DNA of 64,000 nt, taken from the NCBI GenBank assembly GCA_010405405.1, contig MU004230.1:96627-160626 (forward strand), in the 5' to 3' direction. The DNA is from Microthyrium microscopicum (lineage: Eukaryota). The notes under the pieces are model-generated. The model ran no database searches. It saw only the letters and a program-made list of their open reading frames with translations, and had not been told where the DNA came from. Position numbers and translations under genes: made by a program. Of this stretch, positions 11,824 to 24,857 are shown piece by piece (position 1 is the first letter of the stretch; each line of letters opens with the position of its first letter).

Positions 11824-12907
11824 ATGAGCGAATCAGACTACAGCTCAATCGAGCACTTCAAAGTCTCGTTTCCGGTGGAATATGTCGCTCACGTTGAGAT
11901 AAATCGACCGCAAAAGATGAACGCATTTATAGAAATGTACGTCCTCTTCCACTTTAGCTACAAGAAGTTCCAGCGAAGGCGCAACGGTGTCTAAATGCGT
12001 AGATTCGCCACCGCTGTTGCTCCGTTGAACTTACGCTAGAATCTGACAATATACTAACTTTACTCTCAGAATGTGGCTCAACCTCAAAAAGATATTCGAC
12101 CGTCTCTCAGACGACCCCAACGTCCGCGCAATCCTCTTCAGCGGAGCCGGCGACCGCGCCTTCAGCGCCGGTCTCGACGTCCAAGTAAGCCCACTGCACT
12201 CACCTCATCCCCTCCAATAGCAACCCCAAAAATCACCCCTTCCATCCGCTCTCCATCAAGCCAGCATACTAACAACTCAAAACCAGGCTGCATCACAAGG
12301 CGGAACCCTCCAAACCGAAGCCTCCGACGTCGCCCGCAAAGCCCGCAAAATGCGCGCCCACGTAATCGAATTCCAAGACTGTATATCCTCCCTCGAAGCC
12401 TGCAGCAAACCCGTCATCGCCCTTCTACACGGCGTGTCCTACGGTCTCGCTATTGATATGGCTGCCGCCTGCGATATACGCATCGCGTGCACCAACTTGC
12501 GCGCTTCCGTCAAAGAAGTTGATATCGGGCTTGCCGCGGACATTGGCTCGTTGACACGGTTGCCGAAGATTGTGGGCAGTTTTAGCTGGGTGAAGGAGGT
12601 GGCGTTGAGTGCGCGTGAATTCGGGGCGATTGAGGCAGAGAAGGTGGGACTTGTGAGTCGGGTAGTTGATGGTGGGAGGGCGGAGGGGGTGAAGGTGGGC
12701 TTGGAGATGTGTGGGTTGATTGCGCAGAAGAGTCCAGTGGCTGTTTGGGGGACGAAGGAGATATTGAATTGGAGTCGGGAGAGGGGTGTTGATGATGGGT
12801 TGAAGTTTACGGCTATTTGGAATGCGGCGATGTTGCAGACGGATGATGTTAAGGCGGCGCTGTTGTCGGGGATTCAGAAGAGGAAGGCGAAGTTTGAGAA
12901 ACTATAG
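11824..12907 (+). CDS. Delta3,5-delta2,4-dienoyl-CoA isomerase (crotonase superfamily, ECH1-like), probably peroxisomal
   Basis: 'YVAHVEINRPQKMNAF', 'SGAGDRAFSAGLDV', 'SVKEVDIGLAADIGSLTRLPKIVG', 'KSPVAVWGTK', 'WNAAMLQT'; C-terminal EKL (PTS1-like); two introns. Confidence 0.88.
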
Positions 12908-14936
12908 GCTTCTGCGAGGCCATATGGGATGGTGGTCTGGATAGAGCTCGTGAGACTCCGATCACAGTGGGCGTCCATTTGATACTGGCGTTCAATCACG
13001 ATACAACAATCAGATTTTGTCATAGATTGTATGAATTTGGATCATTGGGTCTTGAAGCATTGGGATATGAGTATTACTCTACCACTGACCAGTATGACTA
13101 TCTAAATCGCAAACATAGTACAATCGGAGATTAAAGTCTAATCGACCAACGAATATTTTTTAACGTGAAATTTGTCGATCTACTTCCAGTTCTCAGATGC
13201 AAACCGAGTCGTACTACGCTGTTTGATAGCAGAGACATCTTAAGCGCACATGGGCTGGACCAAGTATGTTCTCCGTTACACCATAATTCTACCTTGACAT
13301 TCTTCCGTCATCGTAATACCACCAGCCCCGCAAAGTGAAGCCCCAAAAGGCCGGTTTGTGCTAAAGACCTCCACAGCTTTGTACGACACCAGCCCGCATC
13401 TATATGCCCTATCAAAAGTCTAATGACCAAGAATTGGTTCGAAATAGCGAAGTGATAGCTGACAGTCTCGGCCAACGGGAGGGTTACATTATAAAGTCTA
13501 GTGAATTTGAGTTGGGCTTTAGGGATTCCAGAGGATCGGGGAATAACAGGCAACATATAAAACCTAAAAAATCACACCTAATGATGCAATGGGCAAGTTA
13601 TCATCTCGTGATAAGTCCAAGTGTCAAGGTTTCCGTTTGTCACTGACGAAACAACGAATCGTTTGCCCGATTTATAACTGCCCTCTGCAGGTACCTCTTG
13701 CATATACCATGTCGCCAATGGGTACCTCAATAATCTGGGGCCAGTATGCCGCAGATACCCTCTGGTACGTGATAGGAGCAGAAACTATAATGGTAAAGTG
13801 GTTCGCTACGGTCTTCATGGGATTTAGGGCAGAAAGCTTGGTTAAGGAGTGTTGGACGGGGTTCACTGGCGAAAATCTGGTTCTCAACGTCCTTGGAAGG
13901 ACGAGCAGGGGTGATAATTTTCTCTTTGGATTATTTTCATTTGCTATGCCTCTGCGAAGGAGTCAATGTGGAAGGCCCGGAATGAAAATCCGTGCCTAGG
14001 AACAGGAGAAGATGTGACGCTGAGGAAAGCTTAGACATTTCCAGACCACCGTTGGGTGATGCCGCGAAATCTTGTGAAAGTTCTTAGGCTTCCATTTTGC
14101 TTCTTTCAAAGTAGCAAACGGACATTCCGACGTAATAGCCAGTGATTGCGAGCATAAGCCTTGAGCGCCAGCGAATTGTCATTTCCAAAACTACAGCGTT
14201 GCCCCTATGACAATTGACGTTGGGTCACTGGCGATGGCCCTTTGAATTTCGTCAACGTGGATATGGCATGGATCCGGTGCAGGGCACCGATGGCTTTGTC
14301 GACTTGTGATATTACTGCATTGGGGTTGTGGCAGTGAAGGATTGCGGCGCGGAAGGCTTCAGACTAATCAGAGGATGGAGAGATCCATATCAGCGTATCG
14401 TAGAAGAAGGAACGGTGATAGATATGGGTATTATTACTGTAGCCTCACGGGCCTTTCTTATTTAAAAAGTATATTGCGGATTATGATGGTCAAAGTAGAG
14501 GATATATTGAGCGCATGCAAGGGTAAGCTGCCGGGGCTGCCTGCATATGTCGATCCATTTTGCATGTCCATCGTGGCACTTGTGACCCTAGGTAGTGATG
14601 CAAACTTGTCGTTTCGAAACAATGTTATAGCTCTTTGTTTGAATTTTTTGGCGGTTACAAGTGGCTGGTGTGAATGGAGAAGTGAAGCCAGCATATGCAT
14701 TCCTCAAAGGACATGATGATGGCTCTTGCATACCCCTTGGGTACTGGCAGGTGAGGGCGCATCAAGTGGTCTTATGTCGGGTCACTTTTACGAGCAATGC
14801 TCAAGATATTGAGTGGTACCTGAGCAAAAACCAACATTGTGAGTAGACAAGGCGAGCACATTGGTTTCACGGCGTGGAACCATCCAACGGTCCAACCTTC
14901 CAACCGTGGGCCTCGGACAGGATTTGGCCAGTAAAT

Positions 14937-14971
14937 CCAGTGCCCAGTGTCCAGTGCTCAGTGCCCAGTGG
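14937..14971 (+). repeat. Five degenerate tandem heptamers (CCAGTGC-like)
   Basis: ccagtgc ccagtgt ccagtgc tcagtgc ccagtgg, about 600 bp upstream of the PIR/GPI gene ATG. Confidence 0.8.
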
Positions 14972-15577
14972 TAGGAGTTGACTGAGGTTTAAGTGATATA
15001 AAATAGATTGCTTTCACCAGGGCATCGTAGACCGGCTGTACAAACAAGTTAATCCGTGCGATAATTGAGCATATATTAGCCAGTATTGGATTCCAAAAAC
15101 CGGCTGCTCGCTCGTCGTTCAATCTCCTAAAGAATCTGCCCCCAGGTCAATTGATCGTCTGTCGGTTTTCTTTCATCTTCATCTCTGGTCTTCTCCTTCT
15201 CAACTTTTCCACCTCAACCTCAACACCACCAGTTGCACCTGCCGACATTCCACCACCTCAGGGTCGTTCCTGCCTTCTATAATCCACTCGCAGCTTCCTT
15301 AAGCTTCCAGCCGCTCTTTCCCCCTATTGCAGTTGCCCGTCCTGGTTCCCAAGACGACTAACACCCCACCTGCCTAACCTCAAAATCGTGACTGCCGCAC
15401 TCAGAATTGCTCAGCCCGCGTCGACTATTTCAGCTCGCAACCAAAACATTCTCTCGCTTCTTCTTCATCTTCTTCTTCTCCACCAACAAACACAACTATT
15501 CCCATTCTCATCAATTCTTCAATTCAACCACAGCTTTTAATCCACTTCTCAATCAATCCATCCATCAATCCATCAAG

Positions 15578-16120
15578 ATGCGTTTCTCAATCATCTTCGC
15601 CTCTGCCGCCGCCGGTGCCATGGCCGCCAGCTCTTCATCTGCTGCCGCTGGAACCTACGCCGCCATCTCTCAGATTGGCGATGGTCAAATCCAGGCTCCA
15701 ACTGCCACTGCTGTCCCAGTTGCTCCAGTTGCTCCAAGCAGCCCAATCTCGTCTGTCTTGACCACATCTGTCCCAGCATCCAGCGTCACTGCAGGTGCCC
15801 CGCCACCATCTGGCGAGACTCCTTCTTCGTCTGGCAGCACCATCACCAACACTCTGACGAACACTAACACCCGAACTCGTAGTGCGACTGGTATTCCTTC
15901 GTCTCCAGCGTCGTCCCCAGTTGCTCCAGCACCACCTGCTTCTTCGTCCGTGCCAGCCTCACCAGCTGCACCAAAGCCAGCGACCTCTGCTCCACCAGCT
16001 TCTCAATCCAAGTCCACCGCCGGTGCCCCACCAGCCGTCCAGACTGGCGCTGCCAACGTCCTCACCCACGGTTCCGTCGGTCTTTCGTTCGCTGCTGTCG
16101 TTGCTGCCATGATGGCATAA
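15578..16120 (+). CDS. GPI-anchored cell wall mannoprotein with a single PIR repeat
   Basis: ATG 15578: signal peptide MRFSIIFASAAAGAMA, PIR repeat SQIGDGQIQA, Ser/Thr/Pro/Ala-rich body, 'TGAA' omega region and hydrophobic C-terminus. Confidence 0.88.
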   Translation: MRFSIIFASAAAGAMAASSSSAAAGTYAAISQIGDGQIQAPTATAVPVAPVAPSSPISSVLTTSVPASSVTAGAPPPSGETPSSSGSTITNTLTNTNTRTRSATGIPSSPASSPVAPAPPASSSVPASPAAPKPATSAPPASQSKSTAGAPPAVQTGAANVLTHGSVGLSFAAVVAAMMA

Positions 16121-17585
16121 GAAATTCCTTGCTCTTCTTCTTCTTCTTAGAGGTAATGAGGTATTTCTTGGGCGGAGTCCTTGCACATACGGCATCCATT
16201 CGAGTCTACCCAGACGACTGTTCCATTGGCGAAAATACACCCTGTTCACACTGCAAATGATAATTTCTTTACCTCATCGACACTGTCAACCGTCTACCAT
16301 GCGTGTTCCTGCTAGCGGGAGTACGGCCAACAAGATTTGCTGAAGGAAAAGACTGGCATTGGAAATGAGGGTATTGCTTCTTGTATTGTTGTTATTGAAG
16401 TACTGTTAGACAGTGCATAATGAAGAATTCATTCAAACCAAACTTGTCAATGTGACTGCTATTTGATAATGATTAGACTGACTGTGTGCTGTGAGAATCG
16501 AATGTTTACTAACCAATGCTTCCTCCCATTTCGTAACGTTGTCTCCACTTTCTGTTTCCCGAATCATCCCCAAGAGCAACCTCGCAAACGCGACTCAATA
16601 TCGCCCTCACCAACAGTTTCGCGACACAAGTATCATGTCGTTAAAAAAAGCTTTCAAGCTGCACCTACATATGACCAATCGCTTAGCTCTCCCCACAATC
16701 AGCTCGCAGCAGCTATCAGATTATTCAGATATCAACCTCGAACCACATTCGCTGCCGCACTACATCTCGTAGATTTACCAGGCTCACGGTATCAAATGAT
16801 ACGAGGGATAGGCATGCAGGGCCAGCCATCAAGCAGTCCAGGGACGAGAGGTTTGACCACGGGTAGGACAAGATAGCCTGATAGGACCGGATATATAAAT
16901 TTGTATCTGAAGACATGAAGTTGCTCAAAGGCGGTTGACACTAAATTTCTTTGCCGAAGACGTGTTGGTGGCGTTGGCGCACACTGCATTAGACTCCACC
17001 TCAGTGCATTCGGATTGGCCTTTTTGGCTGCCATCACGCGGAAGAGGCGTTTTCAAGTCCCAATCACGCATCGGAGACAGCCAAGAAGGCGAGGTTAGAC
17101 CAAAAACGGATAAGCTCGATAGAGTCGTGAAGCCAAACCTGATGACGACGCATAAAATTCATCTTTTGCGACAACGAAAAGCTCGCGGAGCCGCTTTTAT
17201 TTAGAGTATTACTCGCTGAAACATTAAATCACATTGCGGTTGGAAATAGCTACGCTTATGAATGTAACGATCCCGCGTCTAAAAGCCAGCCTCCCATGCC
17301 TGTTTGATCGGATAATAGCCTGTTGAATGGCAAGGCATTATTCTGACGATCATCGGATGCGGGCGGAGGTTGTTCGTGACTGCCCACTCGTAGTTTGTCA
17401 AGATGCAGCCATTCAGCAACTGACTCTTCACGCAAAAGGCCCATAGTCTACTCCCAACTCGCGAGTAGGCGCGGTAGGGTAGCCAAAGCAGCGGGAAGAG
17501 GCAAGCAAGCAAGCCCTTGTTTGCTGCATGGGGTTTCTGTCGTGGCTGACAGGAGGCTCTGGGCCACTCAAAAGTGTCGAGTGAA

Positions 17586-18771
17586 AAACGTGCTGGATCC
17601 TTTTGATCTAACTTCACTTCATACTCTTGCCAATTTTCAAGGGTTATAGAAATTTCTTTCCCCAAAGCTTTTTCGCGCCTTCGCCTTTGCCCCACACCCA
17701 TAACGCCTTCTGAGACTCAAGCTTTCGCGGACATATGTACATTTTACTCTAGCAGCCAATTGCATGCTGTAAGTCAGCCTGACTTGTGTGGGCAGTGAGG
17801 AAATAAGCATTGTCCGGCACGGTTGGGCCGAGCTATGAGGTTGTTGACTTCAAACGTGCCAAGGTATATGATATCATTCAAAAGTCTTATTTTCTACTAC
17901 TCACGATGTATACTTGGTATATGGGGAAGCCAGATGAGTTGTATACAAGCCAAGAGAAACACTGAAGTATAAAGTTCCTGCTAAGCACGAACGGTGTACT
18001 TGCAGGGACATCCCGAAAGGTCTCAATCTACAAGGCGTCAAAGCAACCAGTCACTCGCGACCTCTTAAGCAATTGATTAGTAGGAGCTTCCTGCTGCGGT
18101 ACCGTACTAAAGGGCAAATGTGTCAAATGGTTGTTGCCACTGGTTGTTGGAGAGTGGGATAAATTCTATCATCAAGCTTGGGCTCAATGCAGTGCCGCCA
18201 GGCATACGATGTCGATCCTACAGCCATTTGTCCAAATATATCCACTTTGGAGCTACCTTACCGTGGGTAACGGGCCCGAGGACCCAAGTGAACACTTGCA
18301 TGCATACAATGTTCTTGAACAAGTCAAATGGTGGCTGCCAGGTTAGACGATCCCAAGATCTAATCAGAAGGCTTATATCAAAGGCATGCAATTTCGATGG
18401 ACTAATGCAGCAAGCTTGTTGGTCGCAAAAGGACTGAAGAATACGCCTATACAGTGGGAACAATTGAAGCTCCGATGCAAGCATGCATCTAATAATGCAC
18501 TAGCTTCAACTCGCAGCTAAGGTAGTCTGGGAAGGGCCTACTGATCCTTACAACAGCCGCGTGGGAGCGACCGTCCATTGCGTTGGTTAGCAATTGTATC
18601 TCTAAATTATGATTATTCGAAGGAGCTGGTGTAAAGGCGCAGCAAGTGCGGTACTTATATCCGGGAGGGCCCTCGATTATCCAAATCTTTGGGATTTCTA
18701 TAAACAGGACCCTGACCGTTGATAACCGCTATATTACTTTAGTGTTTCCTAGTTTTTGCTAGAGCACGTTT
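17586..18771. promoter_or_regulatory. Three GCACGTTT (Pho4/NUC-1/PalcA-type bHLH) sites upstream of the phosphate transporter
   Basis: AAACGTGC at 17586-17593 and 17852-17859 (minus-strand GCACGTTT) and GCACGTTT at 18764-18771. Confidence 0.5.
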
Positions 18772-18948
18772 TTTCCTGTCATTGCGATCCACAAGTCTTT
18801 TGACTAGGAGTTCGCCGCTCGTCACCAACTGGGTGACCTCCAGACACAACTTGTGGTATAGAGACCACAGATTGCTGGCAGTCTCCCAACTTGCATCAAA
18901 TCGCAGCCCCTTTCAACTTCAATTGAGCTGTAGGCTCTATACAGCGCC

Positions 18949-21060
18949 ATGGCACAACCAACCGTAGCCGGCGGCCGACGCCTTTCGGCTGCAGTCATCG
19001 ACCAAGAACTCGAAAACATGGGTATGAGCGGTTCAGAAACTCGTGCTTTCAATCGAATTCTACGTCCAGACGACATTTACGACCCTGAAGGCACATATTG
19101 GGCGGATCTACCAGTGGGCCGAAAAGTAAAATTCGTCAATAAGGTCAACAACCAGGAAGCCAAGGAAGAGTTCGCTGCAGTCTGGAGTATGTTCAAAAAG
19201 GATCCATTGGCACCTTTCGGCGCCTATTTCCGTAACTTTATCATTCCTGGAATGGGTCTTGGTCTTGAAGGCTATGTTCTCTTCTCCATCGGAAACATCA
19301 AGCCTCTTTTCCAAGCAGCATTCCCCCTTTGCTGGGGATCAAAGAAGATTTGCAATCCTACGTGGCTCGCTGCCACCGAATACCTCGAAATTTGTGGAAT
19401 CATCGTCGGTCAAGTTAGTGTCGGCATAATTGGCGATTGGTTAGGCCGTCGCTGGGGTCTCATTCAGGATGCAACTATCATGTTCTTTGGTCTCATTATG
19501 CTTATTGCTGCTTGGGGAACCACTCAGAATGGCTGGGTCATCTGCTACGCATGGAGTAACTCTCCCGTACACTTTGGAGAAACTAATACTAACAAGTGTA
19601 AGGCTTATTCTTCTACGGTATTGGTGTTGGCGGTGAATACCCCATGACAGCTACTTCAGGCATGGAGAATGCGGTTGGCTCTGGCAAAATTTCAACTCGA
19701 TTTGACAGACTTCATCGCGGTCGCCAAGTCACGAGCGCATTTTTAATGCAAGGCTGGGGTCAATTCTTCAACCAAGCTATTTTGATTATCCTGCTATTGA
19801 TATTTCACCACGGCTCTGGAAATCCTCCTTACTCTGAAGTCTCGGCTCAATGGACTTACCGCATTTCATTCGTTCCTCCAGCAATCGGAACTTTGCTTCT
19901 CATCTACTTCCGTGTATACAAGATGAGAAGATCAAATACGCAACTGGCTGCTATGAAATCGAAGCAGAAGGTCACCGGTTACGATGTCCAATCTCTCAAG
20001 CTCATGTTCCGATACTTTGGTCTTCGTGTTGTAGGTACCGCCGGCGCTTGGTATTGCAATGATGTATTCTTTTACGGAAACAAGCTTTTCCAGAGTCAGT
20101 TCATCGCAATTCTTACACCAAACAATCATTCTGTCATTGTTGGCTGGTTATGGAATCTGTCAGTTTAGACCACTTTCTGAAAGGAGACACAGCTAATCAC
20201 TTTAATAGCCTAAACGTGGTTGTGAGTTTATTTGGCTATTACTTGGCTTCTTTCTTAGTGGACAACAAGCTTTGTATGTCAAATGTCCGACTTTCACGTC
20301 AATTGCTTCTTTGCTAACCAGTCATTTAGACGGCCGAAAATGGATGATGATCATCGGCTTTATGGGCGATTTCATCCTATTTGTTGTCCCAGGCTTCAAT
20401 TATGGATACTACAGTAAAGCTGGCATCAAGTCCTTCCAAGCCATGTATTTCCTCTCTTCGTTCTTCAACCAATTTGGTCCCAACTCTGTCACCTTCCTTG
20501 CTGCCGCTGAAGTCTACCCCGTCAGCGTTCGTGCTACCGCTCACGGCTTCTCCGCCGCCGTTGGAAAACTCGGAGCTCTCCATGCTGCTGTCATGTACAA
20601 TTACACCAAGACCACCCAGAATTTCCACATCGTTCCGTGGTTCGGTCTGGCTGGCGCACTACTCACCTGGCTCTTCATTCCCGACACCACAGGTCTCGAT
20701 CTCAAGGAAGCAGAACGCCGCTGGACATATATCCGGGCCGGCCGAGAGCACGACTACCATGGAATTGCCATCCACCCGAAACATTTGTCCGTGTGGGAAC
20801 GCTTCCGTGGCGTGGCCAAAGACTATGATCCCGATCTTGACTTCCAGGCCAAGGTTGCTGAGCTACGCAGCAATTGGGAAGAGCTTCAGATGAAGCGTGC
20901 TGAGGAGAAACTTACTGCACTTGATGAGGTTGATGAGGAGGATTGGGATCCAGAACTCCATGCTTATTTTTCTCGTACCTCCAATAGCTCTGTTACAGGC
21001 TTCAAGGATCCTATCAAGGAGAGTAGTGAGGAAGAAGAGAAGCCTTCGATTGCTCAGTAG
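18949..21060 (+). CDS. MFS inorganic phosphate (or glycerophosphodiester) transporter, Pho84/Git1-related
   Basis: 'GIIGDWLGRR', spliced 'FFYGIGVGGEYPMTATS', 'RGRQVTSAFLMQGWG', 'FGPNSVTFLAAAEVYPVSVRATAHGFSAAVGKLG'; three introns. Confidence 0.88.
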
Positions 21061-21593
21061 GCATTTTGAGGCATTTCGGTCGTTGTTTTGTTGCTTGATG
21101 CTGGCATGGAGTCATGAGGGATCAATTGGAGTGTAATTATTTATTTTTGAGTCGCCTCGTTCATACGACTCTGCGAAGTGATATGATTTGGTTTGCATTG
21201 TGTGAATACCCCTAAAGGCACCACTATCATTTTCAATCAATACTTTTTTGGAACTTATTCGTCATGAGTCGGTTGAAATTGGTGTATCCAAACCTCGCTT
21301 TAGAAAGCAGCATAGTTTCATTACCGCAGAGAATCCCCATCTTGCAGGTTGCATAATCTTATTTGGGATTTCAAGCTAGTTATACTTTACCAACCACATC
21401 TCATAGCAAGACACTTTGGTAATTGAACGCTTGGAATTTTCCAGATTTGATAGAAGAGGGCAAGGAAATCGGGATTCAATAAGCCGAAACACTACAACGC
21501 CAAAGAGGTTTTGTCAATCTGCAAGATAAGGATTCTCAGCGGTACTGTGCATACGATATAATCCACAACGATCTCTTGAATGTTGGGTATAAG

Positions 21594-22316
21594 TTATCTC
21601 AGCCAATCAGATCTCGCCAAGATCTTCCACTGGCTGCGAGCTGGCGAGCGTCTGAGGACAACTCGTAAAATTAACTAACGATCCGCTTCGTAGTTTTGAT
21701 ATTTCTACAATTAACTTAGCACTACTATAGTTATAGATCTATAGATTAAAATCCTAACTATAAGAACCTAAAGCTAAAAATTAGCTTTCTAATATATCTA
21801 TTTTATAGAAATTAGGCCCAAAATTATAAAATTAAACTATTCCTCTTAAAGTATATAAAATCGTTATCGTGTTTATTTTACTATAAGGCAACCTTTAATA
21901 TAAGATAATATAATAACTATTAAGCTACATCTCTTTATAAGATATCTATTTAAAAGAGAAAACTCTAAGCTATATACTTATAGTAGCTTTTAGAAAGAAA
22001 CCTTATTTTAAGAGAGTAATTATGGTTTAAAAAGTTAGATTAAGCTAAGAAAGGTAAATTTTAACGTCAAATCCCTTAATAACGAGAGATATTAGCTAAG
22101 CTAAAGAATATACGTTATAAAGGCTAGTTTCTAAGCTTTATAAAGAACTAAAAAGAATCTTATAATACTAAGAGATGAAGCTTTAGTACTAATTTGAAGT
22201 TAGGCTAAAATACCTCCTGTTATAAAGTGGATCGCTACTAAAAGGTCCGAGTTGTCCTCAGACCCTCCTGCGGAGGAAGCCCGCGAGCGAGCTTAGAGGG
22301 CTGAGAACTGAGATAA
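21594..22316. mobile_element. RIP-mutated non-autonomous DNA transposon (MITE-like), 723 bp, 8-bp TSD
   Basis: Direct repeat GGTATAAG at 21586-21593 and 22317-22324; outer IR TTATCTCAG (21594-21602)/CTGAGATAA (22308-22316); inner perfect 16-bp IR GTCTGAGGACAACTCG (21650-21665)/CGAGTTGTCCTCAGAC (22248-22263); interior very TpA-rich and CpA/TpG-poor. Confidence 0.82.
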
Positions 22317-22532
22317 GGTATAAGGCTGAAATCGAAGGCTCAGCCTTGCCAAGACTTCTCTGTGGCAAATTGCGACTGCAGCACACCAGATCCATCCATA
22401 CCAGTGACTCAACAACATCTAGCAGACTACTACAAATAGTGGCTTCAAGACGCCGGTTTTTGTTTGACTTGAGCTTCTTTCAATTGTCAGTAAATAACCC
22501 TATTCTGGAGTCCTCATGTCCATCAAAAGGCT

Positions 22533-24754
22533 ATGCTTGGAAACCTACCACCAGAGATCCTGTCTCAAATATGCCTCGAACTGCCATCAGCGCAGGCAGT
22601 TCGAGGCATCTCCTTAACAAACCACCGCTTACATAATTTCGTTCAAGACGAGGGATGGAAAATTTTCGTCCAGACGTATTTTCCGTCTTATCTTAACGGT
22701 CTAGCCAGTACAATCAACTACTCTGAGGCGGCAAAGTCGTTGACTGCATTATCAAAGAGCTGGGATCGAAGAGCCTTGCTTGTGAAGACTGTCCAGCCGT
22801 CTCCCTGGGACCTGAGGTATGGCACCAATGATACCTCGAGGTCACGGCGTCCCTGGGCGGCAGTTTCGTCCTCAAATGGCAGTAATTATGCGATTGGAGC
22901 ACGAACGCGACGTCGGGGTCAAACCATGGGCTTTCAACCTGCTGTTGACAGCCAGGAAGAAATTATCGGAGGAGATTGGACTAGTCGCAGGGAATACCTC
23001 GTATGGGGTGCTGGTCCGCAGCTGGGCTTCCGTGTAAGATGTATAAACGCAGACCCTATTGAGAGCTGGCAAGCGACGACAGAAGAGCATGGGAATCTCA
23101 TACACTGGACTTGGTACCATCCTGATAACTGGCGAGACGGGCAAGACGATATCACAGCCTTGAAAATGCTGAGCTCATCGTTTGTTCAAGAACATACCCA
23201 CGCACGTTGGCCGTTTTGCAGCGTAATGGTTATTGTTGGAAATGCCTCAGGAACGTTGAAGATCTTTGATATCAATCTGACTCATAGTCCTCCAGATGCT
23301 TCCGCTTGGTTGAGTGGTAGTTACGTTCTAGCAAATCCGAATGGGTCTGCTGTGCGATCTTTGGATATTTCTCCATCAGGAGAGCATGTCGCGGCAATGT
23401 TTGCTGATGGAAAACTTTCGGTTTATCATTTGGTTAGAACCCCTTCTTCGAGCCCAGGAAGACAAAAATGCGCACTCGGTTCCTTTGAGTTTGATCTAAC
23501 AGATTTACAGGCTACTCTCAATAGTTTGGAGGATCTGCTACCCATTTCCACACTACAGGTTGACACCAAAAAATATGGACATACCTGGGCTTGCTCCTTT
23601 CTATCAGACGATAGGATCGCAGTCGGCAGTGGACGCTCGTTTGAACCTCTACAGGTGTACACGATCACATCTTCTGGAATATCTCAACAGGTAACTTTGG
23701 GTTCCTAGCACAGGCGATTTAAGATATCCGCAATAGTTACTGATATTTCCTAGCCATACAGGACATGGCACACCTTTGATGGGCTCAACCCCATTGTTGG
23801 CACTGTAAACTGTCTTCACCTTCTTCCAGACTCATTTCGCAATAAAAGTGCTCGCGGAAATCTATTCCTTAGCGGAAACACTGACGGGTAAGTTTGGCTA
23901 TTGGAAACCGGCAACGGGTTCCTGTGCAGATCCAGTCCGATGTCTTTCTCATACGTCCAACCGTGACCATATGAGTTCTGTTTAGTGTTGCTAATGAACC
24001 TCAGGTCTGCTCGCCTGCATGATCTACGCTCGCCTAACGATACCGTTCAAAGCTTCATTGATCCAGTGGATGATGGTAATATTTTCTCCATAACATCCAA
24101 AGGACAGGACCGTATTGTTCTAGGTATGAGAAAGAACTCTCTGTAGAAGCCAAAGGTTGTATCAAAAATATCTAATACCCAACAGGCACCTCGAGAAATA
24201 GCCTGGTCAAATTCTTCGATATTCGCCAGGCTAGCAACCGTGTGTACTCGTATCATAACACCCGCAAGGAAGGCGATAAAGGCTGGAGTGTATTCCTTGC
24301 AGCCACTAGCATAGACAGCAACACTGACAGCACCACGGACGGCAACACCGGCAATGACACACGCAATAACAGAGGGAATAACAGAGGAAATAATCGAGGC
24401 AGGAACAGAGCCAGTCTACCAAGTAACCGCCCAGTCACGAATAGAGCGAGCAGAACATCGCCAATATACTCCCTCTCTTCGCCATCGCCATACTCACCAA
24501 CGCTGTTTGCTGGATTAGAAGGAGAGGTACTGCAAATAGACATGGTAGATACCTACGACACGCACCCAGATCCCATATTTCGTGCGGACCCGGCTAGAGA
24601 TATTGGACGACAAGAGTTCTGGGATCCAAACTGCACACGACTGCTAGCATACTACGAACACAATGGACCTACAAAGCTGCGAAAGCAAACAAGAGAGTGG
24701 CCGCCGGCCACAAAAGACCTCGCGCATCGCGCAATAGAACCTCGCTGGAGCTGA
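22533..24754 (+). CDS. F-box protein with degenerate WD40-like region
   Basis: N-terminal 'LGNLPPEILSQICLEL' F-box; 'VRSLDISPSG', 'LFLSG..DGSARLHDLRSP', 'SPIYSLSSPSPYSPTLFAG' segments; three introns in the 3' half. Confidence 0.7.
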
Positions 24755-24857
24755 TACACAGAAGGGATGCATTATGACACATAGATTTAGATATTAGGGG
24801 GTACTATGAGCACTAGGAATGAAGTACAACCACACGCACTTCCACCGCCATCTCTTT

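Noticed and set aside
11937..12069. TPP riboswitch in the ECH1-like intron
   Set aside because: Lacks the conserved UGAGA and other aptamer core motifs, and the gene is not thiamine-related.
13000..14880. Short ORFs of 60-136 aa on both strands
   Set aside because: No recognisable motifs, codon bias or splice structure; treated as intergenic.
16400..18500. Short overlapping ORFs upstream of the phosphate transporter
   Set aside because: No recognisable protein features; more consistent with a long promoter region.
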